DNA from: an uncultured Acidobacteriota bacterium | Lineage (GTDB): Bacteria; Acidobacteriota; Blastocatellia; RBC074 | Direction of reading: 5' to 3' | DNA: 64,000 nt | Assembly: GCA_963794955.1 (NCBI GenBank) | Contig: CAWCGF010000003.1 | Location: 262,350-326,349 of the forward strand | Part shown: piece after piece, positions 48,913 through 58,898 of the stretch | Layout of the letters: the number at the start of each line of letters is the position of its first letter | Position numbering within the stretch: the first letter of the stretch is position 1 | The notes under the pieces: generated by a model | The model's input: only the letters and a program-made list of their open reading frames with translations | Database searches by the model: none | Told to the model about the DNA's origin: nothing | Translations under genes and position numbers: made by a program

Positions 48913-51333
48913 ATGTTAAGAAACAGGCAACGCCTTATTTTCATGCTAAGCATCGCATTCATCCTTGCTACGCAAATATTCCCGGCGGCGGCACAAACAG
49001 CTACCAATACATTGCGTGTTGCTGGTTTGAAAGACAATGTCACCGTGCAGCGGGATGAGCGTGGCATTGCGCACATCGAAGCCAACAACGATCACGATTT
49101 ATACTTGGCGCAAGGCTACGTCACGGCCAGTGATCGTTTGTGGCAAATGGATGTATTGCGACGAACTGCGCGGGGAGAGATGGCGGAAATCTTTGGCAAA
49201 GCTGTGTTGGAAGAAGACAAGCGACGGCGCACGTATGGCTTTGCGCGACTGTCTACACAGGCTGCTGCGAATATGACGAGCGAGATGAAAATGTTGCTGG
49301 AAGCGTATGCCAGCGGCGTTAATGCGTACATTGCTTCGTGTAATGACAAGACGTTGCCGCTAGAGTTTCGCATTCTGCAATACAAGCCGCGCCCGTGGCA
49401 GCCCGCCGATAGCCTCTCGATAGGCTTGATCATGCACGAAAGCCTGACCACTTCCTGGCAGGTGGATGTGATGCGCGCGGCGTTTGCCGACTTGCCCAAG
49501 GCCCAATACGAGCAACTCTTCAATGAATATTCCACAATGGATACGCCGGTAGTTGGTCACGACAACGTCAAGGCCAAAGCGAAAAAAGCTATCGCCAGCA
49601 AAGTCAAAGTCGGAACCGATTTATTAGCCTTGGCGCAGCAAGACGAAGCCGTCAAACAACGCTCGCTGGAACGCATTGGCTTGCACGCCGAAGACCTTGC
49701 CGCCAGCAACAACTGGGTCATCAGTGGCAAGAAAAGCGCGACAGGGAAACCGCTGCTTTCGAGCGATCCACATCTGGCGCTGACCGTGCCGCCGATTTGG
49801 TATCTCATCAATTTAAGTGCGCCGGGCGTGCGCGTGGCAGGCGTTTCGATCCCCGGTATTCACTGCGTCATCATTGGTCACAACGAACGCATCGCGTGGG
49901 GCATGACGAACATCGGGCCGGACGTGCAGGATTTGTACAAGGAAAAATTTGATACCGCCAATCCAAAGCGTTATCAAACGCCCCAGGGTTGGAAAGACGC
50001 CGAAGTGCGCACGGAGGAAATCAAAGTCCGTACCGTTCCCACCAAGCCCGAAACCGAAACCGTTACATTGGATGTGACGGTTACGCGCCACGGCCCCATC
50101 GTCTTGGAAAAGAACAACGAACGATTTGCCTTGCAATGGACAGCCTTGGACGCCACGCTTGATTGGGCGGGCAGCTTTCACCGCTTGAATCGTGCGCGCA
50201 ACTGGAAGGAGTTCTGCGCCGCGCTCTCGACTTACGCCGGAGCGCCGCAAAATCACGTGTATGCGGACGTAGATGGGCACATCGGTTACTACGGCGCACG
50301 CTACATTCCCATTCGCAAGAATGGTGATGGCAGCGTACCGTACGATGGCGCGACGGATGATGGTAAATGGACGGGCTTCATTCCTTTCGAGAAAATGCCG
50401 CATGTGCTTGATCCGCCGTCAGGCTACATCGCCACCGCGAATGCGCGCATTGTCGGCAAAAACTATCCCTACTTCATTTCGCATTCGTGGGCGGGGCCGT
50501 ATCGGCAAAAACGCATCAACGATTTGCTCAAACAAAATAAGAAATTCACGATTGACGATTTTCGTGCGATGCAGGGCGACGATTATGCCATTGGCGGGAA
50601 GAACTTTGCCGATGCGGTGCAGAAGCTGTTTGGCGACAATCGCGTTGCTTCCAAAGGCGGCGGGAATGACGGCGCGCCGCTTGGCACCGCGATGAGCGTG
50701 ATGGCGGAATGGGATGGGCGTGCCACGCCTGATTCACGCGGCGCGGCGTTGGTACAGGAAATGCGCGCGGCATTTCTCAATCGAGTATTGACCGGGGCGC
50801 TCGGCGCAGAGCGTGCGCGGCAATACCGCTGGGGCAATCGGGAAACATTTATTGATTATTTGGTGACCGCCTGGCCGAAAGAATGGCTACCAAAAGAATT
50901 CGCTTCATGGAAAGAATTGTTGATCTCTTGCGAAGCCGATGCCCGCGCGAATCTAACAAAACAATTGGGCAGCGACGAAGCGAAATGGACGTTTGGTAAT
51001 GCTGTGCAAATCAAATTCAATCATCCGCTGGTCATCGCACCGATGGTGGGCGCACAGTTCAAGATTGATTCGTTGCCGCAACGTGGGACAGGCGGCGGCG
51101 GCCTCGGCGCGACGGTGAACGTGGGACCGAACGTTTCGATGCGGTTGATTGCGGACACGTCGAATTGGGATAACACGCAGCATACAATTGCGACGGGGCA
51201 ATCCAGCGATCCGAAAAGTCCGCATTATAAAGATCAAGTTAGCGATTGGTATAACGTGACGCCCCGCGTCTTTCCGTTCACCAAAGCCGCCGTACAGAAA
51301 GCGGCAAAGCAAACCATCATTTTGATACCTTAA
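48913..51333 (+). CDS. Penicillin acylase family Ntn-hydrolase (peptidase S45)
   Basis: VQRDERGIAHI, GYVTASDRLWQMD, ASNNWVI (catalytic Ser), DPHL, YADVDGHIGY, GQSSDPKSPHYKDQ. Confidence 0.92.
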   Translation: MLRNRQRLIFMLSIAFILATQIFPAAAQTATNTLRVAGLKDNVTVQRDERGIAHIEANNDHDLYLAQGYVTASDRLWQMDVLRRTARGEMAEIFGKAVLEEDKRRRTYGFARLSTQAAANMTSEMKMLLEAYASGVNAYIASCNDKTLPLEFRILQYKPRPWQPADSLSIGLIMHESLTTSWQVDVMRAAFADLPKAQYEQLFNEYSTMDTPVVGHDNVKAKAKKAIASKVKVGTDLLALAQQDEAVKQRSLERIGLHAEDLAASNNWVISGKKSATGKPLLSSDPHLALTVPPIWYLINLSAPGVRVAGVSIPGIHCVIIGHNERIAWGMTNIGPDVQDLYKEKFDTANPKRYQTPQGWKDAEVRTEEIKVRTVPTKPETETVTLDVTVTRHGPIVLEKNNERFALQWTALDATLDWAGSFHRLNRARNWKEFCAALSTYAGAPQNHVYADVDGHIGYYGARYIPIRKNGDGSVPYDGATDDGKWTGFIPFEKMPHVLDPPSGYIATANARIVGKNYPYFISHSWAGPYRQKRINDLLKQNKKFTIDDFRAMQGDDYAIGGKNFADAVQKLFGDNRVASKGGGNDGAPLGTAMSVMAEWDGRATPDSRGAALVQEMRAAFLNRVLTGALGAERARQYRWGNRETFIDYLVTAWPKEWLPKEFASWKELLISCEADARANLTKQLGSDEAKWTFGNAVQIKFNHPLVIAPMVGAQFKIDSLPQRGTGGGGLGATVNVGPNVSMRLIADTSNWDNTQHTIATGQSSDPKSPHYKDQVSDWYNVTPRVFPFTKAAVQKAAKQTIILIP

Positions 51334-51342
51334 GGAGGTTTT

Positions 51343-51948
51343 ATGTCTCTTACCAACAGACTGCTGATGACATCATTCGGTTTGGCCTTCACACTGCTCT
51401 TGTCCATCAGCACTGCGCACGCGCAAGCCGAAAAATTCGATGGTAAGCCCACTTTCGCGGAAGGCGTAGACCTGGGTTATTACATCTGGCGTGATGGTGA
51501 AAAATGGTTGGTCCGTTGGACGACGATGGGCAAGATGCGGCATTTTGCCGGTGCGGTCACTGCCGAAGGAGGCGAGTTGAAATCGCTCAAGCGCATTGAT
51601 GTCGAATCGGAGCGCCGCGTTTTGTATCCAGGCCGCGCGCCACGCGTCGCGGTTGGCCCGCGCGGTCGTGTGTACCGGCGCGGCGGGCGGGCACCTGTCA
51701 TGGCTACCCGCGAACAGGATAAAATTGACAAGGACGGCGACCAGCGGATTGTTTTCAATGCGCGCACCAACGATGACTTGGATGGCTTTGACTTCAAAGT
51801 AGATAAGAAGGTCACGTCGTTGCGCTTTGTGTTGGAAATTGATGGCCAGGTTCGACCGCTATTGGTCGAGGTCGGCAAGAACAATACCAAACCTCCCACG
51901 GTTCCCTTTGTCGTCAAACTGACTCCCAGTGAAGAGAAGAAAAAGTAG
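51343..51948 (+). CDS. Secreted hypothetical protein
   Basis: Signal peptide ending AHA; AAGGAGG RBS 9 nt after the acylase stop. Confidence 0.75.
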   Translation: MSLTNRLLMTSFGLAFTLLLSISTAHAQAEKFDGKPTFAEGVDLGYYIWRDGEKWLVRWTTMGKMRHFAGAVTAEGGELKSLKRIDVESERRVLYPGRAPRVAVGPRGRVYRRGGRAPVMATREQDKIDKDGDQRIVFNARTNDDLDGFDFKVDKKVTSLRFVLEIDGQVRPLLVEVGKNNTKPPTVPFVVKLTPSEEKKK

Positions 51949-51974
51949 CGATTCTCAGACTGAAAGCCCCGTTT

Positions 51975-53000
51975 ATGTCTGACATCAACAACCCGCACGA
52001 CAGCTTCTTCAAGGAGTTGCTATCACTACCGCAAAATGCGCGCGATTTTCTGCGCTATTATTTGCCGCCTGCTATCGTGGCGGAATTCGATCTGCGGCGG
52101 TTGGAGTTAATCCGCGACGCCTTTGTGGACGAATCATTGAAAGAGCATCTCGCCGATTTGCTCTATCGCGTAAAATTGAAACGCGGCGACGAGGCGTTTG
52201 TTTTCGTGCTGTTCGAGCATAAAAGCGCGCCGGACAGTTGGGTGGCGTTGCAAATTCTGCGCTATATCGTGCGGCTCTGGGAGCAACAGCAGGCAAGCGG
52301 CGCAAAGCAGTTGCCACCTGTTTACCCAATTGTGTTGTATCACGGACGCAGGCGTTGGCAGGTGGCGCGTAACCTCCGTTCGTTGGTGGCGATTGGTAAT
52401 GATTCACCCATGCTGCAATTCGTGCCGGAATTCGAGTATTATCTGGTTGACCTGACGGTGTTGCGAGAGGAAGAGCTACAAGGTGCGCCATATTTGAAAG
52501 CGGGCCTGTTAGCCTTGAAATTGATTTTTGAGCGCGAGTTGGCGCAACGATTGCCAGAGATATTTAAAGCCATCAAGGCTGGGCCGAAGCGGCCTTTGCT
52601 GGTACATCTCAAGACGGTATCGAAGTATTTGTCAAAGGTCAAAAATGCGGTCGAACCAGCGCGCCTTAAGCAGGTGGTGCAGGAAGTATTTTCCGATCAA
52701 GGAGAAAAGTTTATGGCTGAATTTTTTCAAGAGTGGATTAATCAAGGACGAGAACAAGGCATTCAACAAGGCATTCAACAAGGCATTCAACAAGGCATTG
52801 TGCGTGGTCGGGTTGAGGGATTGACTTCACTAACACTAAGCTTGCTACAGCACCGACTTGGTCGTATTCCCAAAGTGACGAAAGAGCAGGTGAAGGAGCT
52901 TTCGGCCAGGCAACTCGAAGAATTAGGACTCGCGTTATTGGATTTCAACTCACGCGCCGATTTGGAGGATTGGCTCCGCCTTCACACGCACATCAACTAA
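51975..53000 (+). CDS. Rpn/YhgA-like PD-(D/E)xK nuclease with DUF4351-like C-terminus
   Basis: NNPHDSFFK, ADLLYRV, VLFEHKSAPD, VYPIVLYHG, (QQGI)n, LEELGLALLDF. Confidence 0.9.
   Translation: MSDINNPHDSFFKELLSLPQNARDFLRYYLPPAIVAEFDLRRLELIRDAFVDESLKEHLADLLYRVKLKRGDEAFVFVLFEHKSAPDSWVALQILRYIVRLWEQQQASGAKQLPPVYPIVLYHGRRRWQVARNLRSLVAIGNDSPMLQFVPEFEYYLVDLTVLREEELQGAPYLKAGLLALKLIFERELAQRLPEIFKAIKAGPKRPLLVHLKTVSKYLSKVKNAVEPARLKQVVQEVFSDQGEKFMAEFFQEWINQGREQGIQQGIQQGIQQGIVRGRVEGLTSLTLSLLQHRLGRIPKVTKEQVKELSARQLEELGLALLDFNSRADLEDWLRLHTHIN
52753..52799 (+). repeat. In-frame 12-bp tandem repeat (aacaaggcattc) x ~4
   Basis: Encodes EQGIQQGIQQGIQQGI. Confidence 0.9.
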
Positions 53001-53006
53001 TTGCTT

Positions 53007-54473
53007 ATGAACTTTCCACAAGAACTCAACGCACTTCTCACTCGCCGCCAACTCTTCGGCCTCGGTGCCAAAGGCATTGGCCTGGCGGCCTTGTCTTCGC
53101 TGCTCAAAAGCGATGGCTACGCGCAAAACGACACGACACGCGACACCAAAACTGGCGGCCTCACCGGCTTGCCGCATTTTGCACCAAAAGTGAAGCGGGT
53201 CATTTATCTGCATCAATCAGGCGGGCCGTCGCAACTCGATACCTTCGATTACAAACCGTCGCTCGAAAAATTGCACGGCACCGAATTGCCGGATTCGATT
53301 CGCAACGGGCAACGCATCACGGGCATGACTTCCGGGCAGAGTTCATTCCCTTGCGTCAAATCCATCTTCAAGTTTGCGCAGCACGGTCAATCAGGTACCT
53401 GGGTCAGCGAATTGTTGCCTTACACGTCGAAAATCATAGATGACATTAGCGTCATCAAAACGATGCACACCGATGCCGTCAATCACGATCCGGCGATCAC
53501 CTTTATTCAAACCGGCTTTCAGCAACCGGGTCGTCCCGCCATGGGCGCGTGGGTAAGCTATGGCTTGGGCAGCGAGAATCAAAACCTGCCGAGTTACATC
53601 GTATTGCTTTCGACGGCGCACGCGATCAATACCGATCAGCCGCTGTTTTCGCGCCTGTGGTCGAGCGGCTTCCTGCCGTCAAATTATCAGGGCGTGCGGT
53701 TGCGTGGCGGCGCAACGCCTGTGCTCTACCTCAATAATCCGCCCGGCGTAGACAAAACCACACGTCGCCAAATGCTGGATGCGGTCGTCAAGCTCAATCA
53801 GATAAAGTCTGAAGCGTACGGCGATCCTGAAATCGAAACGCGCATCGCGCAATATGAAATGGCGTATCGCATGCAAACCAGCGTGCCCGATCTCATGGAT
53901 TTATCAAAGGAATCCGAAAAGACGCTGGAAATGTACGGCCCCGAAGTGCGCAAGCCAGGCTCGTATGCCGCGAATTGCTTGCTCGCGCGACGCCTGGCCG
54001 AACGCGGCGTGCGCTTCATTCAACTCTATCATCGTGGTTGGGATCAGCACGGCGATTTGCCGCGCGATCTGGCGTTGCAATGTCGCGGCACCGATCAACC
54101 GACGGCGGCGCTCGTGCAGGATTTGAAGCAGCGTGGTTTGTTGGACGACACGCTCGTGATCTGGGGCGGGGAATTCGGGCGCACGGTCTATTGCCAGGGC
54201 AAGCTGATGGACACGAATTACGGGCGCGATCATCACGGACGCAACTTTGCGATGTGGATGGCGGGTGGTGGCGTCAAGAAAGGCTTCAGCCTGGGCGAAA
54301 CCGATGATTACAGCTACAACATCGTGAGCGATCCGGTGGATGTCTACGACTTGCAAGCCACGATGTTGCACCTGCTCGGCATTGACCATAAGCGATTGAC
54401 GTACAAGTTTCAGGGACGGCATTTCCGGCTGACGGATGTGCATGGCGAGATTGTGGAGAAGGTCTTAGCGTAG
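53007..54473 (+). CDS. DUF1501 family protein (Tat signal)
   Basis: LTRRQLFG, VIYLHQSGGPSQLDTFDYKP, NHDPA, CLLARRLAERGVRF, WGGEFGRT, GRDHH. Confidence 0.9.
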   Translation: MNFPQELNALLTRRQLFGLGAKGIGLAALSSLLKSDGYAQNDTTRDTKTGGLTGLPHFAPKVKRVIYLHQSGGPSQLDTFDYKPSLEKLHGTELPDSIRNGQRITGMTSGQSSFPCVKSIFKFAQHGQSGTWVSELLPYTSKIIDDISVIKTMHTDAVNHDPAITFIQTGFQQPGRPAMGAWVSYGLGSENQNLPSYIVLLSTAHAINTDQPLFSRLWSSGFLPSNYQGVRLRGGATPVLYLNNPPGVDKTTRRQMLDAVVKLNQIKSEAYGDPEIETRIAQYEMAYRMQTSVPDLMDLSKESEKTLEMYGPEVRKPGSYAANCLLARRLAERGVRFIQLYHRGWDQHGDLPRDLALQCRGTDQPTAALVQDLKQRGLLDDTLVIWGGEFGRTVYCQGKLMDTNYGRDHHGRNFAMWMAGGGVKKGFSLGETDDYSYNIVSDPVDVYDLQATMLHLLGIDHKRLTYKFQGRHFRLTDVHGEIVEKVLA

Positions 54474-54495
54474 CTTATTAGAGGAACTAAACCTT

Positions 54496-54957
54496 ATGTT
54501 AGATGAACTGGAAGAAGCTTCTGCTGAAGCGAAAATTGAGGAACACGAGATGCCCTCTTTTAATCATAGCTATATTTGCAATCGTTTATTGCAACAACTC
54601 TTCACCAACGACAAAATCGAAGCGTTGCCGGAACTGACTCTGAACATTGAAAAGGGGCTTACGCCTGACATCAGCATTTATCCGAAAGAACAAGTCGCGC
54701 CGGATTTTTTGAATGACTACGCCAAATATCCTGACGTACCGCTGCTCGCCATTGAAATTATTTCAGCAAGCCAAAACATTCAGGATTTGCTCGAAAAATC
54801 AAAGGTTCTCGTCAAACACAACGTGAAGGCTGTGTGGACGATTGAGCCGTTCACCAACACAATTTTTGTAACCACACCAAGCGGCATCCAAAAATTTCCC
54901 AGCCAGATCATTGAGAGCGAAGGCATCACAGTGGACTTCAAAAAAATCTTCGGCTGA
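54496..54957 (+). CDS. Uma2/DUF820 family endonuclease-like protein
   Basis: MPSFNHS, LTPDISI, PLLAIEIIS, VWTIEP. Confidence 0.8.
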   Translation: MLDELEEASAEAKIEEHEMPSFNHSYICNRLLQQLFTNDKIEALPELTLNIEKGLTPDISIYPKEQVAPDFLNDYAKYPDVPLLAIEIISASQNIQDLLEKSKVLVKHNVKAVWTIEPFTNTIFVTTPSGIQKFPSQIIESEGITVDFKKIFG

Positions 54958-54960
54958 CCC

Positions 54961-55720
54961 TCAAAACGTCAATTGCCCGCCATCTACAACCAGCGCATGC
55001 CCGGTCACAAAGCTCGCATCGTCCGAGGCTAAGAAGGCGACGACAGCCGCCACTTCTTCCGGCGTGCCGAAGCGTGCCAGCGGGATTTTGTCTTTGAAAT
55101 AGGCGCGTGCTAACTCCGGGTCTTTTTCGAGTACTGCGCGCGAAAGCTTCGTCGCAATCATGCCCGGTGCGGCGGCATTGACGCGGATGCCATACGGTGC
55201 CAGTTCAATCGCCGCCGTCATCGTCAAGCCTACGACGCCGAATTTGGAAGCGTTGTACGAAGCCAAGCCGACCTCCCCAACCAGGCCATTGGTCGAAGCC
55301 ATATTCACAATCGCGCCTTTCGTGCCAGCGGCAACCATTGCCCGCGCGGCGATTTGCGTGCAGTAAAAGACGCCTTTCAGGTTGATGTCTATCGTGCGAT
55401 TCCAGTTATCATCGTCGGCTTCGAGCAGCGGGGCGTGCAACCCAACGCCTGCAATATTGCAGCAAATATCCAAACGGCCAAACTGCTGTGAGCGTGGCTT
55501 CGACCATCGCTTCGACGTCCGTCCGCGTAGAGACATCTGTGCGCCAGGCCAGTGCCTGGCCATTGTTGATGCTGATTTCTGTGGTGACGTGTTCGACGTT
55601 TTCCGGCTGAATGTCGGCGATGGTGACGGCAGCGCCTTCGCGGGCTAAGCGTAAGGCAATGGCACGTCCGATTTCTCCGCCACCGCCTGTGACGATGGCA
55701 ACTTTATTGGCAAAGCGCAT
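54961..55720 (-). CDS. Classical SDR oxidoreductase (one +1 frameshift near 55495)
   Basis: KVAIVTGGGGEIG (ORF 55720) continues into FGRLDICCNIAG, YNASK, VNAAAPG, VTGHALVVDGG (ORF 55563). Confidence 0.88.
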
Positions 55721-55933
55721 AAAGGACTCCTTGTGTTAAGAAAAATAGGAGGCCTTATTGTTGAGGATTTGTTGTACGGTTGCAACGCCAGGAAAATGTA
55801 GTTTGAAAGGAAGCAATGCTTATGAAGGGACCAATTCTTGTCGTCGGACTCGCAACCTTCATCAGGCATACCGTCTGGTTGCGCCTGAAAAATTTGGAGG
55901 CACTACTGCAATGTATCTACCCCATACCAGCTT

Positions 55934-56830
55934 TTATGGGCTTTTGGTCGGTTGCCGCGTTATGACGCCGGAATCAATCGTCTTGCCGGTGCGCGAAATA
56001 ACCTGGAAATGCATTTCATCCTGGAGGACTTCAATCAACATAAAATGCTGATCCTGATCAAAGGCTTTTTCCGTCAACTGGGAGGGCTTTACATCCCCTG
56101 GTCTTAGTTTACCGCCTGCGCCCGTAACGAAGTAATAAATTCCCTGTTGCGGTTTGATACGTTCATAGAAATGCTCGTGGCCAGTAAAGACGACCGCCAC
56201 CCCATACTTCACAAACAATGGTTCCACCACTCTGCGTAACTCTTTATCTGACCCATGCTGTTTGCCGGAAGAGTACGGTGGATGATGAAAGAAACACACT
56301 TTCCAATCGGAGCCACTGTTTTTTAATTCCTCTTCTAACCACTTAAGCTGCGCCGGGGCCATATAGTTGCTATTCAAGGCAAAGAAGCGAATGTTCTCTT
56401 TCTTGAACGTGTAATACTCGTTCCCGTTCATATTGAAATCTTTGAAGAACCGCTGGTTCGCATTATCATGATTGCCCAGCGACGCATAAAACTTTACCCC
56501 GGCCTGCAACAGTTGTTGGTAAGGTTGCGTGAATTTGTTTTCATAGTCACGCGGGCTTTCGCCGCCATACATATTGTCGCCCGTCATTAAGACAATATCA
56601 TACGGAAAGATTTGTCTGGCCTGCCACATGATCTCTGCCACCTGCTTTTGCGGTAACCCTCCTGTGCCCATATCGCCAAAAACTGCAAAATGCACCGAAT
56701 CAGTTTTGTTAGGCAGTGTGATTTGTAAGGGTTCTTTAGCGGGCGCGTTTCCCTGACTTTGCACTCTTTCCCGCGCACAACTTAGCACGAGCAGGGCAAT
56801 AACACAGAATGAAGCAGTTGCACGGTTCAT
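55934..56830 (-). CDS. Exported calcineurin-like metallophosphoesterase (possible lipoprotein)
   Basis: GDMG, GDNMY, LGNHD, FFHHPPY, GHEH; VLSC lipobox-like sequence. Confidence 0.9.
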   Translation of the reverse strand: MNRATASFCVIALLVLSCARERVQSQGNAPAKEPLQITLPNKTDSVHFAVFGDMGTGGLPQKQVAEIMWQARQIFPYDIVLMTGDNMYGGESPRDYENKFTQPYQQLLQAGVKFYASLGNHDNANQRFFKDFNMNGNEYYTFKKENIRFFALNSNYMAPAQLKWLEEELKNSGSDWKVCFFHHPPYSSGKQHGSDKELRRVVEPLFVKYGVAVVFTGHEHFYERIKPQQGIYYFVTGAGGKLRPGDVKPSQLTEKAFDQDQHFMLIEVLQDEMHFQVISRTGKTIDSGVITRQPTKSP

Positions 56831-57459
56831 AACTTCTCTCGCATCTTACTGGGCGGCAAGGCCTCCGTCATATAATCAATAATTAACTGGGCTTCCCGAT
56901 CCACCAACAATAGGTTTGTACCGACCAGGCGGTAACGTAATTCCTGCGGTAAGAGCGGCAATTTCAACAAGAGAGTTGGTGGCATTTCCAGGCGTTCTTT
57001 GTTTTCGGGATAAGGATAGTTTACCCGCAACGGTACTCCTTGTGTTTGGGCCTCCGCGACATCCTTCTGTAAGGCTGCCAGCCGCTTCCCGCGAAATTCC
57101 TTTTTGATTACTTTGCGAATATGCGCGGCCACCTCCGCCATAAAAAGGTCTCCCTGTTGCGCATTCGCACGAGCGGTTCTGAGCCTTTCTTCAAGCGCGG
57201 TTTGATAGGCTTTGATTTCCGCCGGCTGGCTTTTTGCCTTCGGCTTAGCCAGCTTGCTAACCACCTGCCCTCGTAAATTCATATATTGTCTGGTGCGCTC
57301 ATTAAATTCGTTTATTACCTGGTTACTGGAGGGCTTTACCTGCTGGGCTTGGATATAACTAAGTGGCATGAATAAAAGGAACACCAAACAGGATAAAGCC
57401 CCTCTCAGCATTAGTTTGTTATAAAGGTAAGAAGCCAGGTTATGAGCTTTCTGTATCAT
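56827..57459 (-). CDS. Exported hypothetical protein with an RcnB/DUF1236-like C-terminal motif
   Basis: Signal peptide; LPLLPQELRYRLVGTNLLLVDREAQLIIDY; stop overlaps the phosphoesterase start. Confidence 0.65.
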   Translation of the reverse strand: MIQKAHNLASYLYNKLMLRGALSCLVFLLFMPLSYIQAQQVKPSSNQVINEFNERTRQYMNLRGQVVSKLAKPKAKSQPAEIKAYQTALEERLRTARANAQQGDLFMAEVAAHIRKVIKKEFRGKRLAALQKDVAEAQTQGVPLRVNYPYPENKERLEMPPTLLLKLPLLPQELRYRLVGTNLLLVDREAQLIIDYMTEALPPSKMREKL

Positions 57460-57719
57460 ACCCTGATCAGGGCAAGTCCTATGCCAGCCCTTGCCGTAAA
57501 CGTTAACTGCAAGCGAGAATTATGATTAGGTAGGAAGGACAAGCGAGGCTAAGCAATACGTGGCGTTCAGTTTCACAACAGCTTGTTCTAATTGACGACA
57601 GTCAGTTTATTCCAACTACGCGTAACTTGTCCGGCAAATAATCCAGCATTGGCGTTTCGCCAGCCCGGCGCGATGGCATTGCTAAAGGCCGAAGCGCGAG
57701 GCCGTTTTATGGATAAGTT

Positions 57720-58433
57720 TCACTTGTTATCCAATCTCCATTGAATTTGTCGTAACGCGCCGCACAACAATTTGACATCCTTGGCCGCCAATCCGAGCCG
57801 CAGCAGCCGTTGCCGCAGGTTGTTGGCCGTCGCCGCTTCGTTACTCGGCCAGACAAATTGTGCTTCGCGCAACACGTTCAGCAAGAGTTGCAAACTCACT
57901 TCGACTTCGCCTGCTGTCGCCCATTGCCCGGTCGCCAGCCCCGTGCGCAAAGGCGTTTCCGCGCGCGTCAGTTCGTAGCAACAGACGGCCACTGCCTGCC
58001 CCAAATTCATCGAAGGGCAATCCGGCGCGGTCGGAATGCTCATCGTGCGATGGCAATGCGCAAGGTCATCATTCGTCAGTCCATGCTTTTCGGAGCCGAA
58101 GACGAGCGCGAGGCGATGATCGGTTCCGGCGAGTTCCGCCTGCAAATCGCGTGGTGTATAAATCTTATGCTTGGTTGCCACGCGCGCGCGATCTGCGGTG
58201 CCGACGACGAACGTGCAATCCGCGACGGCTTCGGCGAGCGAAGCGCAGACGTGCGCATTCGTCAGCACATCTTCGGCATTGACCGCCGCGACCACTTCGT
58301 TCCAAGTCGGCACAAACGGCGCGACGACAGTCAGTTCCGTCAGCCCAAAGTTTTTCATGGCCCGCGCGGCAGCGCCAATGTTATTGGGATTGCGCGGACG
58401 AACAAGGACGAGTTTGAGATTAGGATGCGACAT
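57720..58433 (-). CDS. SPOUT RNA methyltransferase, TrmJ/LasT family
   Basis: VLVRPRNPNNIGAAARAMKNFG, LVFGSEKHGLTN, SMNLGQAV. Confidence 0.9.
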   Translation of the reverse strand: MSHPNLKLVLVRPRNPNNIGAAARAMKNFGLTELTVVAPFVPTWNEVVAAVNAEDVLTNAHVCASLAEAVADCTFVVGTADRARVATKHKIYTPRDLQAELAGTDHRLALVFGSEKHGLTNDDLAHCHRTMSIPTAPDCPSMNLGQAVAVCCYELTRAETPLRTGLATGQWATAGEVEVSLQLLLNVLREAQFVWPSNEAATANNLRQRLLRLGLAAKDVKLLCGALRQIQWRLDNK

Positions 58434-58898
58434 AGTGCTGAATATCACCGCGCTCAAATTATGCGAACCGCCTACCGATTGCAAACCGCCCGCACCTTAA
58501 GCGAATCCGAGGTCACTTGGGTAGCGTTAAGGTGACCAGGGCTTCCCTCGCGTCCGAGTTCCAGCAGTCGTTGACGGCACCAAAACACTGCGTCGGGCAA
58601 CGGATCAGCACTGCGCGTCCGTCTTTGATGGCGCAGGCGATGACGACGTAAGCGGCACCTTTGCGCCTGCCTTATTAATTCCTCAGTCGGCAAGATAAAC
58701 AGCCTGAAAATCGAGCCAAATAAATCAACAATTTAACTGAAATTCGTTGGTGATTGATCGTTTCACTTAGCGATCCGTTAATGATGGCTCGCAGCGTGAT
58801 CCGTCATCGGGCTGGCTCACCCCGGCCGCCAACTTAACAATAAAAGGCTGTCGGGATAAATCCCTGCCCTAGGTGCTTCTCCAGCAAAGGGTATACGT

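Noticed and set aside
52753-52799. Tandem repeat as a CRISPR or diversity-generating feature
   Set aside because: No spacers, cas genes or reverse transcriptase; it is the usual in-frame Rpn repeat. I saw no CRISPR array, tRNA or rRNA anywhere in the window.
58500-58680. Minus-strand fragment GAAYVVIACAIKDGRAVLIRC...LTLPK
   Set aside because: Reads like a protein C-terminus but has no start or recognisable family.
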